A stretch of DNA of 63,859 nucleotides, the filler included, from Conidiobolus incongruus B7586 (lineage: Eukaryota): the NCBI GenBank assembly GCA_000697335.1. It is 22 parts of 22 records of this genome, joined end to end, with 100 filler letters (N's around TTAATTAATTAA, not from the genome) between each part and the next. Parts side by side here need not be neighbours in the genome. Positions count along the whole stretch, not along the records: positions 51,650 to 53,013 come from JNEM01003861.1; positions 53,114 to 56,631 come from JNEM01003862.1; positions 56,732 to 59,089 come from JNEM01003864.1; positions 59,190 to 61,280 come from JNEM01003865.1; positions 61,381 to 62,720 come from JNEM01003866.1; positions 62,821 to 63,859 come from JNEM01003878.1; 16 more parts are not named here. One strand, 5' to 3'. The number at the start of each line of letters is the position of its first letter. Positions within the stretch are counted from its first letter, which is position 1. Of this stretch, positions 52,749 to 63,859 are shown in pieces. The notes under the pieces were generated by a model that saw only the letters and a list, made by a program, of their open reading frames with translations, made no database searches and had not been told where the DNA came from. The translations under genes and the position numbers were made by a program.

Positions 52749-55700
52749 TATTAGTTTATTAAAACTTATATGGATTAGAATTAAATCTATTAGTTAATTA
52801 TAAAAAAAATAATTTTAAAATTATATAAATATTATTCAAGTATAATTTATAATTAATAAATTAAAATTATTAATAATTAGATTAATATTATATCTTTAAA
52901 AAAATATTTTTAAGCTTTATAATAAATTTAAATTCTTTAATAATAATAGTATTTATTAATTATTTTTAAATTAGTTTTAAGTTTTTTATTAAGTAAATTT
53001 TTATAAAGTTTTANNNNNNNNNNNNNNNNNNNNNNNNNNNNNNNNNNNNNNNNNNNNTTAATTAATTAANNNNNNNNNNNNNNNNNNNNNNNNNNNNNNN
53101 NNNNNNNNNNNNNAAAAAAATATAAATAAAAATTGCTAAATTATTATTAGATATAATATTAATTCTTAATTTAATTTTCTATTTAACATTTAAACACTGA
53201 AATTAATTAACTATTTAACTTATAAAAATATTTTAGCTTTAAATTTTATTGTTTATTATTATCTAAATTTTCATTTAACTGAATTATATTATATTTTTAT
53301 TTAATTTTTTTAAATTTTTTATTAATTTTCATATATTCAGTTAAGATTCATAATTTAAATCAATTTGGCAAAAATTTTCTTTGATTTATAATCTTCGAAA
53401 TTTGAATAAAACGCTTTTATACCAAAAATATATATAAATATTAAAAATTGAAGAAAAATAAACACTGTAATTGAGTTAATAAAATTGAGAAAATTTTTTT
53501 CCATTTCTAAACCAATGAATAACAAAAATTAAAATTTAAAATATATCAAAATAATTGTAAAATGTGATGAATTAAACACTGATATAAAGTATAATATATC
53601 ACTTTTAAAGGAAAAATATGTTATTAATTCATTATTAATCCTTAATATAAATAATTTCATAAATGATATTGATATTTAATAAGGATTATTTTTATATTAA
53701 ATAATCAATTTCCCTTTAAATCATTTCTTATAAACAATAAATAAATTATTAAAATAATATTATTTTTGATCTGGATAATGAATTATTTCCCAAATATTTA
53801 ATATAATTGTACAATTTGTTGGTAAAATATTTGTTCAGCAAAACCATATAGAATTAATATAATGCATATCAAATTTTCACAATAAAAATAACTATGTTAA
53901 TTATTTAATTAAAATTTATTAATTTTAATTCATTATATTGGGATAATTTTAAACAAAAAATAAAATTTAGTTAATCATAAATAATTCTACTATTAATAAC
54001 AAATCATTGTTTTAAAATTACACCAATTAAATTTAATATGGTAATATTAAAATTCTAAATTAAACTATTTTTGATTTAATATGTTCTCAATATTAAAATA
54101 TTAATCGTATTCATAATTATCATGTGTATTTATTAAAGATAATAATGTAAATAATATGAAATATAAACCATATTACCATTCATTTCGTTGGGATATTTTT
54201 TATATCAGGATATTATAATTATCACCAATAAAATTAAAATACAAAAATTGATTAATATAAAATATAAATTAAAATTAAATTTTAAATCAATTTAAAACAA
54301 AATTAAAAGATAATATAATAAATTCATTAGCATTTATCATATCTATAAAATATTTATTTTCAAATATATTGTTAATTCAAAATTTTTTCATTTTGAATTA
54401 TTGTTTTTGAATTTTGAAATATGGATATAAATCAAAAATATAAATTTTTGATATTAATAAACTATTTGATTATAAAATATATTTTTTATATAATATGAAA
54501 TTTACATATAACTCTGATTGGATAAATGAGTTCAAGTTTAATTTCCAATTAATATTATTCATATATTTTCAATTCCTAGACTCAATTTTATATTGCGGAA
54601 AAACATATTATGATTGATATATAGTTTTTAAAGGTTTGTAATTTTATAAAAATTTAGAAAAAACAAACAAATGATATTGTTATATTCACTTTATTTTATT
54701 TTGGAATATTAATTTATATTTTCAATCGAATTCATTAGAAAAAAAAATATCCTACTATGAAAATATAATTAGGTAATTTATTTTATTTCAACAATATTAA
54801 TATAAAAATAATTTTTATCCATATATTAATTGCATATCATTAAACAAAATATTCTTTTAAAATTTGTAGTTTATAGTTTTTTATGACCTTTTATATTTAA
54901 TAAATATATTATATTTTTAGTCTTAATAGTAATTTAGGATAAAATATTTTATTGAATTAAAACTATAGTGTTTATAAATATATTAGAGGTTTCATCAAGT
55001 ATATATTAATATTTCACTTTATAATAAAAAAGATATGAACAAAGTTGAATTAAATATGATATCAAAATTTTCATAATTAAAATTTATTTGAATATATTTT
55101 ATATATCTTTATTTGATTTTGTAATTTTTTCTATTAAATTTATATATATTTGAAATTGATTCAAAATGTGATTTAAATTAAATTACTAGCTATATATTAT
55201 ATTAAGTCAATTTTTTAAATTTGTCAATGTTAAAATTAAATTCTTTATTATTACATTATACTTGAATTATTCATATATTATAATATATTACAAAAATTTT
55301 CAAATCTAAAATTATAGATATATTCCCATATTAAATCAATATTTGATGATTATTTAAAAATATAATTTATTCTGTTTATGTTAAACAAAAATAAAATATC
55401 AATAATTGTTAATGATTAATTTTTATAAATTATTATCTATATATTGCAATATATATGAGATTTAACATATATCATATAATAAATCTTTAATGTTTGTATA
55501 TATATTGATATATTTAAGTATAAAAAAATTTTACACAATTAATATATATTGAATTCATTCCTTTATTACAATTTTATTCTTTGTTATAATATTATAATAA
55601 AATTTCAATTAAATAAATATTTATATGATCTATTGATTTTCTATATCAAAATAAATAAAAAAACTATTGAATTCTAAAATTTTACTATTTTTTTAAATGT

Positions 55701-56922
55701 AATGAATAATCTCTATCAATTAATAAAAAATTTAAATTATAAAAAATATTTGAATTCAAATAAAATATAAAAATATTATATTTATATCAAATAGTTATAA
55801 TTCAAAAAACTTAATAACTATTATATATATTATTTAATAAATTGAATCAAAATTTATTTATACTTTGCGTTTGTATATTATATACTTGGAATAAAAAACT
55901 TGATCTCTATTTAGATATTATTATTAAATTTGAATGGTTAATTTTAGTAATTTTATTTTTAAACAGTTTCCAACTTTATATTAATAAGTCAATTAATTCT
56001 ATAAAAAATATCTCAAAGTAATATACATTGAACGAATTATATAATAAGATTAAATATTTAACCGATATTAACTAATTAAATGTTAATGTATATTGATAAT
56101 AATATTATTATAATGATAAGTGTTTATCTCATTATTTCAATTCACAATATAATAATATATTAAATAGTGTATTTGTTTAAAATTAGATTAATAAATTTGA
56201 AGAAATAATATTATTTTAATATTTAAATAGAAAAATTATTAAAGATTTAATTTAAATTTTATAATGGTTGCATTTAATTAATTTTCAAATTTACTTGGAC
56301 TTTGATATCAAATATTTATAAAATTTATTTTTTGGAATGTAATATCTATCTTATGAATAGTAATGTTTTAATATATATTGTAAATAACAAATTATAATTA
56401 ATATCAATCAAAATATTATAAAACAAAAATTCAAAATTAGTTACAAAGTATAATTGATTTGATAATAATTTTTGTTTATAATATATTAATAGAGAACAAT
56501 AATCATTTTGCATTACTTTTAATAAATTTAAAAAATATTTTGTATAATTAAAAATATGATATAATTCAATTTCTAAATTAATATATTTATTAATTATATT
56601 GGAATCCTATAAAAAATATATTCCAAATATTNNNNNNNNNNNNNNNNNNNNNNNNNNNNNNNNNNNNNNNNNNNNTTAATTAATTAANNNNNNNNNNNNN
56701 NNNNNNNNNNNNNNNNNNNNNNNNNNNNNNNTATTAATATATTTAATTTTTATTGGTCATAAAAAATTCCTATTATTTCAAATTTTAAATAATAAATTTA
56801 ATAGTAAATTTAATATTATTGATTGATATTACAATTAATATTTTATTTATAAAATTATTTATTATAAATAAGATAAAAATTTAATTAAGTTAAATAATAA
56901 TTAAACTTCAATAAAATAATAT

Positions 56923-59089
56923 TATTAATAGATTAGTTTTCCAAATTTATATATATATTTCTTGATAACTCAATTAAATATAAATTATATGATTTATTTA
57001 TAATTTTATAGTCAAATTAATTATATAAATAGCATTGAATTATTTAATAAATAAAGTTTTTCTTTTCCTTTCAGTTCTTACTATTTCTTAGGTTTATTAT
57101 TATTTTTTAAATTGAGATTATATCTTATTAATATTATAATATATTAATACTACCTAATATAAATCTTAATATATCAAAGACTTATCTTAGTTTGAAGCTA
57201 AATTAAACTTTTATTATATATTCAAACTTTATCCTATATTGTATTACTCTATTTAATATCATATTACCTTTATATTAAGTTTTCTTCTATATTATATTAG
57301 TAATTTTTTATTATTATACTTATATAATAATAATAATAATCAGATCATTAAAAATCTATTAAAAAATTAATAATTATTTGTATTAAATTTATTTATTAAT
57401 ATTTTAAACTTTATTAATAATTTATTTTATTTAAACTTAATAATATATATTATAATATTATTAAAAAAGACTCTTAAATTATTTCAATAATGAGAGTAGC
57501 TTAATTACTAAATAAATTTAAGGCTTCAATTTTTAAAAACTTATTACCCTTTAAAAAGCTTATATTTAATAATTTATAATTAAAAAAATATGACTAAAAT
57601 AGTATAAAATTAACAAATTAGTTACTTCACTATAATTAATATATTAAATCATTTTTTTAATATTTTTAAAAATAAATTAATTACTTATAATTGGTTTAAA
57701 AACTTCTATAAACTTAAAAACTATTTTAAAAATATAAAGAATTATTTTAATTTAATTTTTAATAAAGATTTAAAGAATATCTTTAAATTAGCTATTTATT
57801 TTTAGAAAAATCTATCTATATTTAATAGTTAACTTATTATAAACTTAATCCTAAAGAATTTTTAATAAGATAACTTATTATAAAAATTTTAAACTTTTAA
57901 ATAATTGGAAAAAACCTTTAAAAAAGTTATTACCTAAAAGATTAAGTTTGATTAATAAGAGAAAAGCTTTTTTAACTCAAATAAAAAGCTTTTTTAACTC
58001 AAATAAAAAACTTTTATAAGGTAATTGATTAAGATATTTAATCAGATATACTTAAATATATTAAATATCACTAAAGAAGAATAAATCTAGAAGCTATCAT
58101 AATACTTTAATCACTAAGTAAAGCTTTAATTAAATACTAAAGAATACTTTAATAATATTTTATCTCTGATATTTATGATATAACAATTATGATTAATAAT
58201 ATCTTTTATTTTATATTTAAAATTTTTTACCTAAATAATTAATTTTTAAAACTTGCTTTAACCTATTTAAATCTTAAATAATAAATTTTTCTACTTTAAG
58301 GTTTTATAAAAAAATACTTAATAAAAAAGTTAAAGCTTATTTAAAAGTAATTAAAAATTACTATTTTTGTTAAAAAACTTAAATTAACTATATAGTTAAC
58401 AAATGTCCCTTTAAGAAACAATATTAATTTAATCTATAATAACCTTAATTTATTAACCACAAATATATTTAAATAATATTAATATAACCTTAAAATCAAT
58501 TCTTTTATAAATAATTAATAGATTTTAATTTAATCTACCAAAGTTATAATAGATTAATGATTTTAAAAATTAAACTATATTTATCAAAAAGATTTAATTT
58601 ATCAAATTTCTAAAAATTAAAAATATTCTAGTAATTAATTTACCCTGTAATTTTTTACCTTTATATATTACTTTGTTGTTTATTTTAACTAATTACTTTA
58701 TAAGCATACTTTTTAATGTTTTAATTAATTTAAAAATTTTAATTTTAATATTTCTTCTTTTATTATTTTAATATTATTTTCATTTATTTAAAAAACAACT
58801 AAATAATTAAATATATTAATAACTTAATAAAACAATTGTTTATTAGGTATATTAGTAATAATTTCATATTAAGTTAAAATTAATTTAAATATCAATTTTA
58901 TATCTATAAATATTATTCTAAAAGGTTATAAAATTATTTCTTTTATTTTTTAAAAAAAATTAATCTCAAAAAATCTATACAATTTTGTTATAAAATTACT
59001 AAATACTTTCTTTAATATTAACTCTACAATTATAGCAAATAATTTTATTATTATAACTAAAAATTAATATAAAAAATTAATAAAAATCT
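56923..59089 (+). mobile_element. Family C relic: 5' LTR (about 56923-57324), gag-protease
   Basis: Colinear with 38604-40810. Confidence 0.88.
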
Positions 59090-61380
59090 NNNNNNNNNNN
59101 NNNNNNNNNNNNNNNNNNNNNNNNNNNNNNNNNTTAATTAATTAANNNNNNNNNNNNNNNNNNNNNNNNNNNNNNNNNNNNNNNNNNNNTATATATTTAT
59201 TATCTTGTTTATAATTATTATATTCTTTATGAAAATAAATTTCAAATAATCAATTGTTATTTTTACATATATTAATGATTTTGTTTCAATATAGAATTTT
59301 AAAATATTATTAAATTTGAATATAAAATAAAATCTAATTGTTAATATTATAACGATCAAAAATAACCTAAAATATGAATTTTCAACTTTGATTAATTAAT
59401 TTGATCATTAATTATTTACATTAAATTATAAATTTAAATTAATTATATATTAAAATAAAATCAAATATTATCATTCCATTTATAATTTTTTTTGATTTTA
59501 CCTTTGACAAAAATTTAAGCATTATATTAGAATACTTATAATAATATTTAGTTTATCAGATTCAAATAATAATTCAAATAATTAATAATAAAATTATTTA
59601 ATAATATTAATTTTTAGGTTTAAAAATAATATTTAGATATAGTTAATAAATATTAATTTTTTTAACTTTCAATACCTTTCATATATTTAATTTCAATTTG
59701 ATTTATTGAAAAGGTTATTATATTAATTTCATAAATTAATTATTTTAATAAATTGAAATAATATATATATCCAAAAAGAAATTAATAATTCATTAAATTA
59801 TTTTATATTAAATTAATTAAAATTGAATTAATTATTAGTTTCTTTCCAAATCAAATGATTATTAGTCAAAAATATCAAACTTTAATTTTTCATAAAAAAT
59901 CAAAATTAATTGATAGTTATTAATAATATTTTATCAAAGAGTAATATAAATTCTTAATAATAATATAAAATATAACATTTAATCTTATTATTATTGAAAT
60001 TATTTTATACACGATTATATAAAATATTAAATTTGATCTTAAATAAATAAGATTAAAGATAGTTATTTTTGAACTTAATAAGTATAATATTTTGTCATTA
60101 ATAATTATTGATTTTAAGAATATGAAATAATAATCCTATAACTTATTGTAAATATCTAGAATTATTATATATAGTCAAAATAACGATTATCTATTAAATA
60201 ATTTTTTTGTAATATTTTTAATTTTATTTTTTTTAATATTCCAAATGTTAATTTGAATCATAAAATCCATACTATCAAATTATAATATAATATATATTTT
60301 AATTAATCAGAGAATTGTAAAATTAATTTTATTTTACATTTTAAAATTAATTTCATAAATATAATATTATCCAATTAAATCAATTAATATTAAAAAAGAA
60401 TAATTAAGTTATCTAAAATAATCATAATAAAAATCTTAATATGGAATATCTAATTAATGTATATTATATTCTTTGTAACAAGTTAAATTAAGATATATAA
60501 TTAATTTATTTTATTGAACCTCTTTATAATTTAAATATATTATTTGAAACTATAAAAATCAAATAATGAATCAAAATATTCTAGTACAAAATTAATTAAG
60601 GTAAAAATATATAGTTACTCTTTATTTCCATATATATATAGTATATAATTTAAACAAATAAAATAAGATAATGTGAAACAAATTATTAATATTATTGATA
60701 ATAATATATTTTGAAATATCAATAATTATTTTTGAATTTTACATATATATAATTTCATCTAATTAAGTCTTAATATTTTTTGAATATAATAATATATTTA
60801 GATAATATATAAAATTTTGATATATATATATCTAAGTTAAATTAAAAAAAATATATTTTTTTCATATTTTAATGTTGTAATAAATGAACAAATGGTTTTT
60901 GATATGAATAATTGGTTGTTTTACTTATTGGATAAATATTTTCAACTTAATTTATAATTATCTAATATTTTCAAATCAAATATAAATATAATTACAAACC
61001 TGTAATAATAATTTTTGAAATTCATTTTTATAATTTTGAATAATTTTATTATTTTATAGTACAAAATAAATAAAATTTTCATTGGGGTAAATTGATAGAA
61101 TAGGATGAATAAATAAAGAACTTATATATAACTAATAAATGATCAATACCAATTTAAATTTATTAAATGATAAAATATTAATGACTGTTATAAATTAAAT
61201 TATAATTAATTCGAATTTTATTTCTTTTCAAAATTTATATTGAATAATGTGGTTTTTGGAAAATATATAAATATTACTATNNNNNNNNNNNNNNNNNNNN
61301 NNNNNNNNNNNNNNNNNNNNNNNNTTAATTAATTAANNNNNNNNNNNNNNNNNNNNNNNNNNNNNNNNNNNNNNNNNNNN

Positions 61381-62720
61381 AATTTTTAACTATCTTTTTA
61401 AAATCTTAATAATTTTTTTAATTAGTGTATTTGATTAATAATGGTAAATAATATTAAGCTTCATATTAATATTTATATATTATATAAAAACTTTTCAAAA
61501 TTTTAAAATAAATTTAAAGCTTTGATTAATAATGATAATAATGAATAATTTATATAATAAGATTCCCTTTTTAATTAACAAGTTAACTATATTAAATATT
61601 GTGATTATTTTATAGATAGGAATAAAATAAATAAATTTGTTGTATTAATTAATAACTATTAAAATATTATCATAGCTCTCTTTTAACTTAAGCATTTTTA
61701 TAATATTAAATTATATTTAAGCATAAGATTTAAATAATAGAGATAAAGAATTCAATTCACCAATTATCTTTTTTATATTATATTTATTTCTTTAATAGTT
61801 ATTATAAGATTTATAATATTTTTTACCAATTTAATTAATTTTAATATATAATATTTTACTTGAATTCTATTAATAAGTTTAATATAACTTTAATATCCAC
61901 CTAACCTATTATTATAGTATTTTTTTTAAAATTTTTATTTAAAGGTTAAGGATTTTTAAAATATATCAATTATTATATATATAAAACAAATTACTTAATA
62001 TTTAAAATTTTTTATAATTAAAAAACTTTTTATTATTATTTTTTTAATATAATTTGATATTTAAATAAAAGTCATCATATTATAATTATTTTTTTCAAAG
62101 TTTAATAAAAGTCTTAATTATTTAAGATAATATTTATTGAATTAGTTTCAATCAATTTTTCATATTTATTATATACTAATATATAAATTAAATTTTTAAT
62201 CAATATATTTATAGCTTTATTTTACTTATTAGAGAGGTATTTAATTAAGAATAAATACTGTTAGATAGTTTTTATCTATTTAATTTATCTTTTAGATAAG
62301 TGCTTTTATGAATTTAAGTAAATCAATGATTTATAATCACTTAAGTATAAAAAATCTTTATAAAACAACCAAAAACTAAACTTTTTTATAATTTCTACTA
62401 ATATAAATATTTCCTACTCATATATAAGATAATTTTATTTAGTAAGTGTTAGTTTTGTAAATTAAAATATTAAAGGCTTTAGATTTGAGTATTTAAAAAC
62501 CTTTTGGTATTTAATTATCTTTTGTAAAATTTCAAGTGATTATACTTTTTAAAATCTTTAATAATTTTTTCTTTATATTTTTTAATCTTTTATGATATAA
62601 ATAGATATATTTATAAACATAATTACTGATAATTTAAGATTAGATATAATAAGTATTAAAGTTATTATAGTTTTATAAATTAATATATAAAAAAAAGTTT
62701 TATTAAAGGTTTAATTAAGT
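61381..62720 (-). mobile_element. Second Ty3/gypsy family relic: RNase H-integrase
   Basis: Minus strand reads LKPLIF*FTKLTLTK*NYLIYE*EIFILVE...SDYKSLIYLNS*KHLSKR*IK*I (RNase H), then GELNSL...I*FNII...YDNILIVIN*YNKFIYFIP...IINQSFKF...YHY*SNTLIKK (integrase core). It is clearly diverged from family C at the DNA level. Confidence 0.82.
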
Positions 62721-62820
62721 NNNNNNNNNNNNNNNNNNNNNNNNNNNNNNNNNNNNNNNNNNNNTTAATTAATTAANNNNNNNNNNNNNNNNNNNNNNNN
62801 NNNNNNNNNNNNNNNNNNNN

Positions 62821-63859
62821 ATCTATTATTATCAATAAATCTATTAATTTTTAATCAAATTAATTTAAAATAAAATATATAATAAATTTATATTATTTAT
62901 TTATAATTAAATATATTTGATTTAATTATATTAACTTTTAGTTTATATATTAAAATTTAAATTTTACCTAAGGTAAGTTATAAATTTGTGTATTTTAATT
63001 ATAGAAAGAAAATTAAAACTTAATATATCAATCTTTTACTTTCTTACCTTTTTTAAGTTTATAAAATATAGAGTTAATTAACTTATATTAAAAAAGATTA
63101 ATTTTATTCTATGCTATTTAAATAAATTTTTAAAGCTTATTTAAATTTTTTACTGGTGGGAAAGCTTTAACTACTTTTTTTAACTAATCCTAAAGATATT
63201 CAATTAAATTAAAGTTTAAAGATTAAAGAAGTTACTTTATAACTATTATTTTATTATTTTTAAACTATTAAGTAGTTAAGATAATAATATAATAAAAGGT
63301 ATTATTTTATTAAACAATAATATTTGATTTATTTAACTTATACTATTCAATAGTTTTTTTTAATTCTTTATTTAAAATATTTTAATAATTTTAATATTAA
63401 TTCCCTTATTAACTATATAAAAATACTCTATACCAAAAGATAATATATATCCTTAAATTATAATTAACCTATTATTATATTTTTAGGTTAAAATAACATA
63501 ATGGATATAAAGTAGTTTTTTTTAAAATATTTAACTTTTTCATTAAATTTATTAAAATATATTTTTATTTTATTAAACTAAATAACTTTACTCTAATTAA
63601 TTTTAATTGAACTTTAGTAGTAATATTTAAACTCCCACCTAATTAAATAATAAAACTTTTTTAATTAAAGGTGTTTTTTCTTAAAATATAAGTGGTATCT
63701 ATTACAATATAAAGTATATATAATAATATTAGTATTAACTAATATTCTTGTATAGTTTTATAACTTTTTCTATACTTTTATAATAGTATTACATTTACCT
63801 ATATTAATTAACCTATAAATATATCTTTTATTATATTTATTTATAGTCTTAATATACTT
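62821..63859 (-). mobile_element. Tc1-like (family A) relic
   Basis: Reverse complement is colinear with about 32075-33100, with inner DR AGGTAAGTTATAAATTTG at about 62971. Confidence 0.9.

Noticed and set aside
59138..59359. 73-aa ORF
   Set aside because: Low complexity, and it runs into the N linker.
1483..62820. Recurring TTAATTAATTAA flanked by N runs as a repeat array, CRISPR or telomere-like motif
   Set aside because: It is a fixed 100-nt artificial linker used to concatenate contigs.
1..63859. Organelle, endosymbiont or bisulfite-converted DNA as the explanation for the AT richness
   Set aside because: Nuclear transposons and an intron-containing gene are present, no rRNA, tRNA or organellar genes were seen, host genes keep their cytosines, and both C->T and G->A occur on the same strand.

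Overview
This window is not contiguous genome. It is 22 short, extremely AT-rich eukaryotic (fungal) contigs joined by 21 artificial 100-nt linkers (N44-TTAATTAATTAA-N44). Only one host gene is intact: mitochondrial ribosomal protein mL40/MRPL28 (5007-5465, +). Facing it is a disabled, intron-containing RAD7-like nucleotide-excision-repair gene (5850-7683, -). Much of the rest is dead transposons that the ORF track misses but that can be read once C->T and G->A changes are reverted. They are a Tc1-like DD34E family with long IR/DR ends (about 9 copies or fragments, one nested inside another), a mariner DD34D family (7 copies), a Ty3/gypsy chromovirus (one full-length 5.7-kb copy with both LTRs, TSD, PBS and PPT, plus 4 partial copies) and a second gypsy family. 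The main signal is that every repeat is saturated with independent C:G->T:A transitions, while host genes and unique AT-rich DNA keep CpG and TGA/TCA. This looks like a RIP-like repeat-directed hypermutation system in what appears to be an early-diverging fungus. The host taxonomy is inferred, not shown, and all compositions and alignments were judged by eye.
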